Shown: positions 25,205 through 39,300 of the stretch, piece after piece
How the letters are laid out: every line of letters begins with the position of its first letter
Position numbering within the stretch: position 1 is the first letter of the stretch
DNA from: the human T2T-CHM13v2.0 reference genome, Homo sapiens
Strand: one strand, 5' to 3'
NCBI RefSeq assembly: GCF_009914755.1
Contig: NC_060946.1
DNA length: 64,000 nucleotides
Program-made: the position numbers and the translations under genes
Notes under the pieces: generated by a model
Databases searched by the model: none
Seen by the model: only the letters and a program-made list of their open reading frames with translations
Told to the model about the DNA's origin: nothing

Positions 25205-28200
25205 CCCTAATGTTCACTTCCAGATACTACAGAAAGAGTGTTTCAAAACTGCTGTACGAAAGGGAATTTTCAACCCTGTGACTTGAATGCACACATCACA
25301 AAGAAGTTTCTGAGGATGCTGCTGTCTACTTTTTATACGTAATCCCGTTTCCAACGAAATCCTCCAAGCTATCCAAATATCCACTTGCAGATTCCACAGA
25401 AAGACTGTTTCAAAACTGCTCTGTCAATAGAAAGGTTCAACTCTGTTAGCTGCGTGCATATATCCCAAAGAAGATTCTGAGATTGCTTCTGTCTAGTTTT
25501 TATGGGAAGATATTTCCCTTTTCACCGTAGGCGTCAAGGCGCTCCAAATGTCCACTTCCAGATACTACAAAAAGAGTGTTTCAAACCTACTCTGTGAAAG
25601 GGAATATTCAACTCTGTGACTTGAATGCACATATCACAAAGAAGTTTCTGATAATGCTTCTGTCGAGATTTTATATGAAGATATTCCCGTTTCCAACGAA
25701 ATCCTGAAATCTATCCAAATATCCCCTCGCAGATTCTACAAAAAGAGTGTTTCAAAACTGTTCTGTAAAAAGAAAGGTTCAACTCTGTTAGTTGAGTACA
25801 CACATCACAAACAAGTATCACAGAATGCTTCTTTCTAGCTTGTAGGGGAAGATATTCCCTTTATCACCATGGGCCTCAAACCGTCCGAAACGTCCACTTC
25901 CATATACTTCAAAAAGAGCGTTTCAAACCTGCTCTATGAAAGGCAATGTTCAACTCTGTGACTTGAATGCAGACATCACAGAGCTGTTTATGAGAATGCT
26001 TCTGTCTAGATTTTATAGGATGATATTCCCGTTTCCAACGAAATCTTCACAGCTATCCAAATATCCACTTGCAGATTCTACAAAAAGAGTGTATCCAAAC
26101 TGCTCTGGCAAAAGGAAGGTTCTTCTCTGTTAGGTGAGTGCATACGTCATAAAGGAGTTTCTGAGAATGTTTCGGTCTAGTGGTTATGGGAAGATATTTG
26201 CTTTTTCACCGTAGGCCTCAGAGCGCTCCAAATATCCACTTGCACATACTACAAAAAGAGTGCCTCAAAGCTGCTCTCTGAAATGGAATGTTCAACTCTA
26301 TGAGTTGAATGCAAACATCACAAAGACGTTTCTGAGAATGCTTCTGTCTAGATTTGATATGAAGATATTCCCGTTTCCAACGAAATCTTCAAATCTATCC
26401 AAATGTCCACTTGCAGATTCAACAAAAAGTGTTTTTCAGAACTGCTCTATCAAAAGAAAGATCCACCTCTGTTAGCTGAGTTCACACATCCAAACAAGTT
26501 TATGAGAATGCTTCTGTCTAGTTTTTATTTGAAGATATTTCCTTTCTCACCATAGACCTGAAAGCTGTCCTAATGTTCACTTCCAGATACTACAGAAAGA
26601 GTGTTTCAAAACTGCTGTACGAAAGGGAATGTTCAACTCTGTGACTTGAATGCACACATCACAAAGAAGTTTCTGAGGATGCTGCTGTCTACTTTTTATA
26701 CGTAATCCCGTTTCCAACGAAATCCTCCAAGCTATCCAAATATCCACTTGCAGATTCCACAGAAAGACTGTTTCAAAACTGCTCTGTCAATAGAAAGGTT
26801 CAACTCTGTTAGCTGCGTGCATATATCCCAAAGAAGATTCTGAGATTGCTTCTGTCTAGTTTTTATGGGAAGATATTTCCCTTTTCACCGTAGGCGTCAA
26901 GGCGCTCCAAATGTCCACTTCCAGATACTACAAAAAGAGTGTTTCAAACCTACTCTGTGAAAGGGAATATTCAACTCTGTGACTTGAATGCACATATCAC
27001 AAAGAAGTTTCTGATAATGCTTCTGTCGAGATTTTATATGAAGATATTCCCGTTTCCAACGAAATCCTGAAATCTATCCAAATATCCCCTCGCAGATTCT
27101 ACAAAAAGAGTGTTTCAAAACTGCTCTGTAAAAAGAAAGGTTCAACTCTGTTAGTTGAGTACACACATCACAAACAAGTTTCACAGAATGCTTCTTTCTA
27201 GCTTGTAGGGGAAGATATTCCCTTTATCACCATGGGCCTCCAACCGTCCGAAACATCCACTTCCATATACTACAAAAAGAGCGTTTCAAACCTGCTCTAT
27301 GAAAGGCAATGTTCAACTCTGTGACTTGAATGCAGACATCACAGAGCAGTTTCTGAGAATGCTTCTGTCTAGATTTTATAGGAAGATATTCCCGTTTCCA
27401 ACGAAATCTTCACAGCTATCCAAATATCCACTTGCAGATTCTACAAAAGGAGTGTATCAAAACTGCTCTGTCAAAAGGAAGGTTCTTCTCTGTTAGGTGA
27501 GTGCATACGTCATAAAGGAGTTTCTGAGAATGTTTCTGTCTAGTGGTTATGGGAAGATATTTGCTTTTTCACCGTAGGCCTCAGAGCGCTCCAAATATCC
27601 ACTTGCACATACTACAAAAAGAGTGCCTCAAAGCTGCTCTCTGAAACGGAATGTTCAACTCTATGAGTTGAATGCAAACATCACAAAGACGTTTCTGAGA
27701 ATGCTTCTGTCTAGATTTGATATGAAGATATTCCCGTTTCCAACGAAATCTTCAAATCTATCCAAATGTCCACTTGCAGATTCAACAAAAAGTGTTTTTC
27801 AGAACTGCTCTATCAAAAGAAAGATCCACCTCTGTTAGCTGAGTTCACACATCACAAACAAGTTTATGAGAATGCTTCTGTCTAGTTTTTATTTGAAGAT
27901 ATTTCCTTTCTCACCATAGACCTGAAAGCTGTCCTAATGTTCACTTCCAGATACTACAGAAAGAGTGTTTCAAAACTGCTGTACGAAAGGGAATGTTCAA
28001 CTCTGTGACTTGAATGCACACATCACAAAGAAGTTTCTGAGGATGCTGCTGTCTACTTTTTATACGTAATCCCGTTTCCAACGAAATCCTCCAAGCTATC
28101 CAAATATCCACTTGCAGATTCCACAGAAAGACTGTTTCAAAACTGCTCTGTCAATAGAAAGGTTCAACTCTGTTAGCTGCGTGCATATATCCCAAAGAAG

Positions 28201-29315
28201 ATTCTGAGATTCCTTCTGTCTAGTTTTTATGGGAAGATATTTCCCTTTTCACCGTAGGCGTCAAGGCGCTCCAAATGTCCACTTCCAGATACTACAAAAA
28301 GAGTGTTTCAAACCTACTCTGTGAAAGGGAATATTCAACTCTGTGACTTGAATGCACATATCACAAAGAAGTTTCTGAGAATGCTTCTGTCGAGATTTTA
28401 TATGAAGATATTCCCGTTTCCAACGAAATCCTGAAATCTATCCAAATATCCCCTCGCAGATTCTACAAAAAGAGTGTTTCAAAACTGCTCTGTAAAAAGA
28501 AAGGTTCAACTCTGTTAGTTGAGTACACACATCACAAACAAGTTTCACAGAATGCTTCTTTCTAGCTTGTAGGGGAAGATATTCCCTTTATCACCATGGT
28601 CCTCAAACCGTCCGAAACGTCCACTTCCATATACTACAAAAAGAGCGTTTCAAACCTGCTCTAGGAAAGGCAATGTTCAACTCTGTGACTTGAATGCAGA
28701 CATCACAGAGCAGTTTCTGAGAATGCTTCTGTCTAGATTTTATAGGAAGATATTCCCGTTTCCAACGAAATCTTCACAGCTATCCAAATATCCACTTGCA
28801 GATTCTACAAAAAGAGTGTATCAAAACTGCTCTGTCAAAAGGAAGGTTCTTCTCTGTTAGGTGAGTGCATACGTCATAAAGGAGTTTCTGAGAATGTTTC
28901 TGTCTAGTGGTTATGGGAAGATATTTGCTTTTTCACCGTAGGCCTCAGAGCGCTCCAAATATCCACTTGCACATACTACAAAAAGAGTGCCTCAAAGCTG
29001 CTCTCTGAAACGGAATGTTCAACTCTATGAGTTGAATGCAAACATCACAAAGACGTTTCTGAGAATGCTTCTGTCTAGATTTGATATGAAGATATTCCCG
29101 TTTCCAACGAAATCTTCAAATCTATCCAAATGTCCACTTGCAGATTCAACAAAAAGTGTTTTTCAGAACTGCTGTATCAAAAGAAAGATCCACGTCTGTT
29201 AGCTGAGTTCACACATCACAAACAAGTTTATGAGAATGCTTCTGTCTAGTTTTTATTTGAAGATATTTCCTTTCTCACCATAGACCTGAAAGCTGTCCTA
29301 ATGTTCACTTCCAGA

Positions 29316-30337
29316 TACTACAGAAAGAGTGTTTCAAAACTGCTGTACGAAAGGGAATGTTCAACTCTGTGACTTGAATGCACACATCACAAAGAAGTTT
29401 CTGAGGATGCTGCTGTCTACTTTTTATACGTAATCCCGTTTCCAACGAAATCCTCCAAGCTATCCAAATATCCACTTGCAGATTCCACAGAAAGACTGTT
29501 TCAAAACTGCTCTGTCAATAGAAAGGTTCAACTCTGTTAGCTGCGTGCATATATCCCAAAGAAGATTCTGAGATTGCTTCTGTCTAGTTTTTATGGGAAG
29601 ATATTTCCCTTTTCACCGTAGGCGTCAAGGCGCTCCAAATGTCCACTTCCAGATACTACAAAAAGAGTGTTTCAAACCTACTCTGTGAAAGGGAATATTC
29701 AACTCTGTGACTTGAATGCACATATCACAAAGAAGTTTCTGAGAATGCTTCTGTCGAGATTTTATATGAAGATATTCCCGTTTCCAACGAAATCCTGAAA
29801 TCTATCCAAATATCCCCTCGCAGATTCTACAAAAAGAGTGTTTCAAAACTGCTCTGTAAAAAGAAAGGTTCAACTCTGTTAGTTGAGTACACACATCACA
29901 AACAAGTTTCACAGAATGCTTCTTTCTAGCTTGTAGGGGAAGATATTCCCTTTATCACCATGGTCCTCAAACCGTCCGAAACGTCCACTTCCATATACTA
30001 CAAAAAGAGCGTTTCAAACCTGCTCTAGGAAAGGCAATGTTCAACTCTGTGACTTGAATGCAGACATCACAGAACAGTTTCTGAGAATGCTTCTGTCTAG
30101 ATTTTATAGGAAGATATTCCCGTTTCCAACGAAATCTTCAAATCTATCCAAATGTCCACTTGCAGATTCATCAAAAAGTGTTTTTCAGAACTGCTCTATC
30201 AAAAGAAAGATCCACCTCTGTTAGCTGAGTTCACACATCACAAACAAGTTTATGAGAATGCTTCTGTCTAGTTTTTATTTGAAGATATTTCCTTTCTCAC
30301 CATAGACCTGAAAGCTGTCCTAATGTTCACTTCCAGA
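29316..30337 (-). repeat. 6-mer HOR structural variant, copy 3
   Basis: Spacing 28987->31373 = 2386; junction at 30110-30140. Confidence 0.96.
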
Positions 30338-33300
30338 TACTACAGAAAGAGTGTTTCAAAACTGCTGTACGAAAGGGAATGTTCAACTCTGTGACTTGAA
30401 TGCACACATCACAAAGAAGTTTCTGAGGATGCTGCTGTCTACTTTTTATACGTAATCCCGTTTCCAACGAAATCCTCCAAGCTATCCAAATATCCACTTG
30501 CAGATTCCACAGAAAGACTGTTTCAAAACTGCTCTGTCAATAGAAAGGTTCAACTCTGTTAGCTGCGTGCATATATCCCAAAGAAGATTCTGAGATTGCT
30601 TCTGTCTAGTTTTTATGGGAAGATATTTCCCTTTTCACCGTAGGTGTCAAGGCGCTCCAAATGTCCACTTCCAGATACTACAAAAAGAGTGTTTCAAACC
30701 TACTCTGTGAAAAGGAATATTCAACTCTGTGACTTGAATGCAGATATCACAAAGAAGTTTCTGAGAATGCTTCTGTCGAGATTTTATATGAAGATATTCC
30801 CGTTTCCAACGAAATCCTGAAATCTATCCAAATATCCCCTCGCAGATTCTACAAAAAGAGTGTTTCAAAACTGCTCTGTAAAAAGAAAGGTTCAACTCTG
30901 TTAGTTGAGTACACACATCACAAACAAGTTTCACAGAATGCTTCTTTCTAGCTTGTAGGGGAAGATATTCCCTTTATCACCATGGGCCTCCAACCGTCCG
31001 AAACGTCCACTTCCATATACTACAAAAAGAGCGTTTCAAACCTGCTCTAGGAAAGGCAATGTTCAACTCTGTGACTTGAATGCAGACATCACAGAGCAGT
31101 TTCTGAGAATGCTTCTGTCTAGATTTTATAGGAAGATATTCCCGTTTCCAACGAAATCTTCACAGCTATCCAAATATCCACTTGCAGATTCTACAAAAAG
31201 AGTGTATCAAAACTGCTCTGTCAAAAGGAAGGTTCTTCTCTGTTAGGTGAGTGCATACGTCATAAAGGAGTTTCTGAGAATGTTTCTGTCTAGTGGTTAT
31301 GGGAAGATATTTCCTTTTTCACCGTAGGCCTCAGAGCGCTCCAAATATCCACTTGCACATACTACAAAAAGAGTGCCTCAAAGCTGCTCTTTGAAACGGA
31401 ATGTTCAACTCTATGAGTTGAATGCAAACATCACAAAGACGTTTCTGAGAATGCTTCTGTCTAGATTTGATATGAAGATATTCCCGTTTCCAACGAAATC
31501 TTCAAATCTATCCAAATGTCCACTTGCAGATTCAACAAAAAGTGTTTTTCAGAACTGCTCTATCAAAAGAAAGATCCACATCTGTTAGCTGAGTTCACAC
31601 ATCACAAACAAGTTTATGAGAATGCTTCTGTCTAGTTTTTATTTGAAGATATTTCCTTTCTCACCATAGACCTGAAAGCTGTCCTAATGTTCACTTCCAG
31701 ATACTACAGAAAGAGTGTTTCAAAACTGCTGTATGAAAGGGAATGTTGAACTCTGTGACTTGAATGCACACATCACAAAGAAGTTTCTGAGGATGCTGCT
31801 GTCTACTTTTTATATGTAATCCCGTTTCCAACGAAATCCTCCAAGCTATCCAAATATCCACTTGCAGATTCCACAGAAAGACTGTTTCAAAACTGCTCTG
31901 TCAATAGAAAGGTTCAACTCTGTTAGCTGCGTGCATATATCCCAAAGAAGATTCTGAGATTGCTTCTGTCTAGTTTTTATGGGAAGATATTTCCCTTTTC
32001 ACCGTAGGCGTCAAGGCGCTCCAAATGTCCACTTCCAGATACTACAAAAAGAGTGTTTCAAACCTACTCTGTGAAAGGGAATATTCAACTCTGTGACTTG
32101 AATGCACATATCACAAAGAAGTTTCTGATAATGCTTCTGTCGAGATTTTATATGAAGATATTCCCGTTTCCAACGAAATCCTGAAATCTATCCAAATATC
32201 CCCTCGCAGATTCTACAAAAAGAGTGTTTCAAAACTGTTCTGTAAAAAGAAAGGTTCAACTCTGTTAGTTGAGTACACACATCACAAACAAGTATCACAG
32301 AATGCTTCTTTCTAGCTTGTAGGGGAAGATATTCCCTTTATCACCATGGGCCTCAAACCGTCCGAAACGTCCACTTCCATATACTTCAAAAAGAGCGTTT
32401 CAAACCTGCTCTATGAAAGGCAATGTTCAACTCTGTGACTTGAATGCAGACATCACAGAGCTGTTTATGAGAATGCTTCTGTCTAGATTTTATAGGATGA
32501 TATTCCCGTTTCCAACGAAATCTTCACAGCTATCCAAATATCCACTTGCAGATTCTACAAAAAGAGTGTATCCAAACTGCTCTGGCAAAAGGAAGGTTCT
32601 TCTCTGTTAGGTGAGTGCATACGTCATAAAGGAGTTTCTGAGAATGTTTCTGTCTAGTGGTTATGGGAAGATATTTGCTTTTTCACCGTAGGCCTCAGAG
32701 CGCTCCAAATATCCACTTGCACATACTACAAAAAGAGTGCCTCAAAGCTGCTCTCTGAAATGGAATGTTCAACTCTATGAGTTGAATGCAAACATCACAA
32801 AGACGTTTCTGAGAATGCTTCTGTCTAGATTTGATATGAAGATATTCCCGTTTCCAACGAAATCTTCAAATCTATCCAAATGTCCACTTGCAGATTCAAC
32901 AAAAAGTGTTTTTCAGAACTGCTCTATCAAAAGAAAGATCCACCTCTGTTAGCTGAGTTCACACATCCAAACAAGTTTATGAGAATGCTTCTGTCTAGTT
33001 TTTATTTGAAGATATTTCCTTTCTCACCATAGACCTGAAAGCTGTCCTAATGTTCACTTCCAGATACTACAGAAAGAGTGTTTCAAAACTGCTGTACGAA
33101 AGGGAATGTTCAACTCTGTGACTTGAATGCACACATCACAAAGAAGTTTCTGAGGATGCTGCTGTCTACTTTTTATACGTAATCCCGTTTCCAACGAAAT
33201 CCTCCAAGCTATCCAAATATCCACTTGCAGATTCCACAGAAAGACTGTTTCAAAACTGCTCTGTCAATAGAAAGGTTCAACTCTGTTAGCTGCGTGCATA

Positions 33301-36300
33301 TATCCCAAAGAAGATTCTGAGATTGCTTCTGTCTAGTTTTTATGGGAAGATATTTCCCTTTTCACCGTAGGCGTCAAGGCGCTCCAAATGTCCACTTCCA
33401 GATACTACAAAAAGAGTGTTTCAAACCTACTCTGTGAAAGGGAATATTCAACTCTGTGACTTGAATGCACATATCACAAAGAAGTTTCTGATAATGCTTC
33501 TGTCGAGATTTTATATGAAGATATTCCCGTTTCCAACGAAATCCTGAAATCTATCCAAATATCCCCTCGCAGATTCTACAAAAAGAGTGTTTCAAAACTG
33601 CTCTGTAAAAAGAAAGGTTCAACTCTGTTAGTTGAGTACACACATCACAAACAAGTTTCACAGAATGCTTCTTTCTAGCTTGTAGGGGAAGATATTCCCT
33701 TTATCACCATGGGCCTCCAACCGTCCGAAACATCCACTTCCATATACTACAAAAAGAGCGTTTCAAACCTGCTCTATGAAAGGCAATGTTCAACTCTGTG
33801 ACTTGAATGCAGACATCACAGAGCAGTTTCTGAGAATGCTTCTGTCTAGATTTTATAGGAAGATATTCCCGTTTCCAACGAAATCTTCACAGCTATCCAA
33901 ATATCCACTTGCAGATTCTACAAAAGGAGTGTATCAAAACTGCTCTGTCAAAAGGAAGGTTCTTCTCTGTTAGGTGAGTGCATACGTCATAAAGGAGTTT
34001 CTGAGAATGTTTCTGTCTAGTGGTTATGGGAAGATATTTGCTTTTTCACCGTAGGCCTCAGAGCGCTCCAAATATCCACTTGCACATACTACAAAAAGAG
34101 TGCCTCAAAGCTGCTCTCTGAAACGGAATGTTCAACTCTATGAGTTGAATGCAAACATCACAAAGACGTTTCTGAGAATGCTTCTGTCTAGATTTGATAT
34201 GAAGATATTCCCGTTTCCAACGAAATCTTCAAATCTATCCAAATGTCCACTTGCAGATTCAACAAAAAGTGTTTTTCAGAACTGCTCTATCAAAAGAAAG
34301 ATCCACCTCTGTTAGCTGAGTTCACACATCACAAACAAGTTTATGAGAATGCTTCTGTCTAGTTTTTATTTGAAGATATTTCCTTTCTCACCATAGACCT
34401 GAAAGCTGTCCTAATGTTCACTTCCAGATACTACAGAAAGAGTGTTTCAAAACTGCTGTACGAAAGGGAATGTTCAACTCTGTGACTTGAATGCACACAT
34501 CACAAAGAAGTTTCTGAGGATGCTGCTGTCTACTTTTTATACGTAATCCCGTTTCCAACGAAATCCTCCAAGCTATCCAAATATCCACTTGCAGATTCCA
34601 CAGAAAGACTGTTTCAAAACTGCTCTGTCAATAGAAAGGTTCAACTCTGTTAGCTGCGTGCATATATCCCAAAGAAGATTCTGAGATTGCTTCTGTCTAG
34701 TTTTTATGGGAAGATATTTCCCTTTTCACCGTAGGTGTCAAGGCGCTCCAAATGTCCACTTCCAGATACTACAAAAAGAGTGTTTCAAACCTACTCTGTG
34801 AAAAGGAATATTCAACTCTGTGACTTGAATGCACATATCACAAAGAAGTTTCTGAGAATGCTTCTGTCGAGATTTTATATGAAGATATTCCCGTTTCCAA
34901 CGAAATCCTGAAATCTATCCAAATATCCCCTCGCAGATTCTACAAAAAGAGTGTTTCAAAACTGCTCTGTAAAAAGAAAGGTTCAACTCTGTTAGTTGAG
35001 TACACACATCACAAACAAGTTTCACAGAATGCTTCTTTCTAGCTTGTAGGGGAAGATATTCCCTTTATCACCATGGGCCTCCAACCGTCCGAAACGTCCA
35101 CTTCCATATACTACCAAAAGAGCGTTTCAAACCTGCTCTAGGAAAGGCAATGTTCAACTCTGTGACTTGAATGCAGACATCACAGAGCAGTTTCTGAGAA
35201 TGCTTCTGTCTAGATTTTATAGGAAGATATTCCCGTTTCCAACGAAATCTTCACAGCTATCCAAATATCCACTTGCAGATTCTACAAAAAGAGTGTATCA
35301 AAACTGCTCTCTCAAAAGGAAGGTTCTTCTCTGTTAGGTGAGTGCATACGTCATAAAGGAGTTTCTGAGAATGTTTCTGTCTAGTGGTTATGGGAAGATA
35401 TTTGCTTTTTCACCGTAGGCCTCAGAGCGCTCCAAATATCCACTTGCACATACTACAAAAAGAGTGCCTCAAAGCTGCTCTCTGAAATGGAATGTTCAAC
35501 TCTATGAGTTGAATGCAAACATCACAAAGACGTTTCTGAGAATGCTTCTGTCTAGATTTGATATGAAGATATTCCCGTTTCCAACGAAATCTTCAAATCT
35601 ATCCAAATGTCCACTTGCAGATTCAACAAAAAGTGTTTTTCAGAACTGCTCTATCAAAAGAAAGATCCACCTCTGTTAGCTGAGTTCACACATCCAAACA
35701 AGTTTATGAGAATGCTTCTGTCTAGTTTTTATTTGAAGATATTTCCTTTCTCACCATAGACCTGAAAGCTGTCCTAATGTTCACTTCCAGATACTACAGA
35801 AAGAGTGTTTCAAAACTGCTGTACGAAAGGGAATGTTCAACTCTGTGACTTGAATGCACACATCACAAAGAAGTTTCTGAGGATGCTGCTGTCTACTTTT
35901 TATACGTAATCCCGTTTCCAACGAAATCCTCCAAGCTATCCAAATATCCACTTGCAGATTCCACAGAAAGACTGTTTCAAAACTGCTCTGTCAATAGAAA
36001 GGTTCAACTCTGTTAGCTGCGTGCATATATCCCAAAGAAGATTCTGAGATTGCTTCTGTCTAGTTTTTATGGGAAGATATTTCCCTTTTCACCGTAGGTG
36101 TCAAGGCGCTCCAAATGTCCACTTCCAGATACTACAAAAAGAGTGTTTCAAACCTACTCTGTGAAAAGGAATATTCAACTCTGTGACTTGAATGCAGATA
36201 TCACAAAGAAGTTTCTGAGAATGCTTCTGTCGAGATTTTATATGAAGATATTCCCGTTTCCAACGAAATCCTGAAATCTATCCAAATATCCCCTCGCAGA

Positions 36301-39300
36301 TTCTACAAAAAGAGTGTTTCAAAACTGCTCTGTAAAAAGAAAGGTTCAACTCTGTTAGTTGAGTACACACATCACAAACAAGTTTCACAGAATGCTTCTT
36401 TCTAGCTTGTAGGGGAAGATATTCCCTTTATCACCATGGGCCTCCAACCGTCCGAAACGTCCACTTCCATATACTACAAAAAGAGCGTTTCAAACCTGCT
36501 CTAGGAAAGGCAATGTTCAACTCTGTGACTTGAATGCAGACATCACAGAGCAGTTTCTGAGAATGCTTCTGTCTAGATTTTATAGGAAGATATTCCCGTT
36601 TCCAACGAAATCTTCACAGCTATCCAAATATCCACTTGCAGATTCTACAAAAAGAGTGTATCAAAACTGCTCTGTCAAAAGGAAGGTTCTTCTCTGTTAG
36701 GTGAGTGCATACGTCATAAAGGAGTTTCTGAGAATGTTTCTGTCTAGTGGTTATGGGAAGATATTTCCTTTTTCACCGTAGGCCTCAGAGCGCTCCAAAT
36801 ATCCACTTGCACATACTACAAAAAGAGTGCCTCAAAGCTGCTCTTTGAAACGGAATGTTCAACTCTATGAGTTGAATGCAAACATCACAAAGACGTTTCT
36901 GAGAATGCTTCTGTCTAGATTTGATATGAAGATATTCCCGTTTCCAACGAAATCTTCAAATCTATCCAAATGTCCACTTGCAGATTCAACAAAAAGTGTT
37001 TTTCAGAACTGCTGTATCAAAAGAAAGATCCACGTCTGTTAGCTGAGTTCACACATCACAAACAAGTTTATGAGAATGCTTCTGTCTAGTTTTTATTTGA
37101 AGATATTTCCTTTCTCACCATAGACCTGAAAGCTGTCCTAATGTTCACTTCCAGATACTACAGAAAGAGTGTTTCAAAACTGCTGTACGAAAGGGAATTT
37201 TCAACCCTGTGACTTGAATGCACACATCACAAAGAAGTTTCTGAGGATGCTGCTGTCTACTTTTTATACGTAATCCCGTTTCCAACGAAATCCTCCAAGC
37301 TATCCAAATATCCACTTGCAGATTCCACAGAAAGACTGTTTCAAAACTGCTCTGTCAATAGAAAGGTTCAACTCTGTTAGCTGCGTGCATATATCCCAAA
37401 GAAGATTCTGAGATTGCTTCTGTCTAGTTTTTATGGGAAGATATTTCCCTTTTCACCGTAGGCGTCAAGGCGCTCCAAATGTCCACTTCCAGATACTACA
37501 AAAAGAGTGTTTCAAACCTACTCTGTGAAAGGGAATATTCAACTCTGTGACTTGAATGCACATATCACAAAGAAGTTTCTGATAATGCTTCTGTCGAGAT
37601 TTTATATGAAGATATTCCCGTTTCCAACGAAATCCTGAAATCTATCCAAATATCCCCTCGCAGATTCTACAAAAAGAGTGTTTCAAAACTGCTCTGTAAA
37701 AAGAAAGGTTCAACTCTGTTAGTTGAGTACACACATCACAAACAAGTTTCACAGAATGCTTCTTTCTAGCTTGTAGGGGAAGATATTCCCTTTATCACCA
37801 TGGGCCTCCAACCGTCCGAAACATCCACTTCCATATACTACAAAAAGAGCGTTTCAAACCTGCTCTATGAAAGGCAATGTTCAACTCTGTGACTTGAATG
37901 CAGACATCACAGAGCAGTTTCTGAGAATGCTTCTGTCTAGATTTTATAGGAAGATATTCCCGTTTCCAACGAAATCTTCACAGCTATCCAAATATCCACT
38001 TGCAGATTCTACAAAAGGAGTGTATCAAAACTGCTCTGTCAAAAGGAAGGTTCTTCTCTGTTAGGTGAGTGCATACGTCATAAAGGAGTTTCTGAGAATG
38101 TTTCTGTCTAGTGGTTATGGGAAGATATTTGCTTTTTCACCGTAGGCCTCAGAGCGCTCCAAATATCCACTTGCACATACTACAAAAAGAGTGCCTCAAA
38201 GCTGCTCTCTGAAACGGAATGTTCAACTCTATGAGTTGAATGCAAACATCACAAAGACGTTTCTGAGAATGCTTCTGTCTAGATTTGATATGAAGATATT
38301 CCCGTTTCCAACGAAATCTTCAAATCTATCCAAATGTCCACTTGCAGATTCAACAAAAAGTGTTTTTCAGAACTGCTCTATCAAAAGAAAGATCCACCTC
38401 TGTTAGCTGAGTTCACACATCACAAACAAGTTTATGAGAATGCTTCTGTCTAGTTTTTATTTGAAGATATTTCCTTTCTCACCATAGACCTGAAAGCTGT
38501 CCTAATGTTCACTTCCAGATACTACAGAAAGAGTGTTTCAAAACTGCTGTACGAAAGGGAATGTTCAACTCTGTGACTTGAATGCACACATCACAAAGAA
38601 GTTTCTGAGGATGCTGCTGTCTACTTTTTATACGTAATCCCGTTTCCAACGAAATCCTCCAAGCTATCCAAATATCCACTTGCAGATTCCACAGAAAGAC
38701 TGTTTCAAAACTGCTCTGTCAATAGAAAGGTTCAACTCTGTTAGCTGCGTGCATATATCCCAAAGAAGATTCTGAGATTCCTTCTGTCTAGTTTTTATGG
38801 GAAGATATTTCCCTTTTCACCGTAGGCGTCAAGGCGCTCCAAATGTCCACTTCCAGATACTACAAAAAGAGTGTTTCAAACCTACTCTGTGAAAGGGAAT
38901 ATTCAACTCTGTGACTTGAATGCACATATCACAAAGAAGTTTCTGAGAATGCTTCTGTCGAGATTTTATATGAAGATATTCCCGTTTCCAACGAAATCCT
39001 GAAATCTATCCAAATATCCCCTCGCAGATTCTACAAAAAGAGTGTTTCAAAACTGCTCTGTAAAAAGAAAGGTTCAACTCTGTTAGTTGAGTACACACAT
39101 CACAAACAAGTTTCACAGAATGCTTCTTTCTAGCTTGTAGGGGAAGATATTCCCTTTATCACCATGGTCCTCAAACCGTCCGAAACGTCCACTTCCATAT
39201 ACTACAAAAAGAGCGTTTCAAACCTGCTCTAGGAAAGGCAATGTTCAACTCTGTGACTTGAATGCAGACATCACAGAGCAGTTTCTGAGAATGCTTCTGT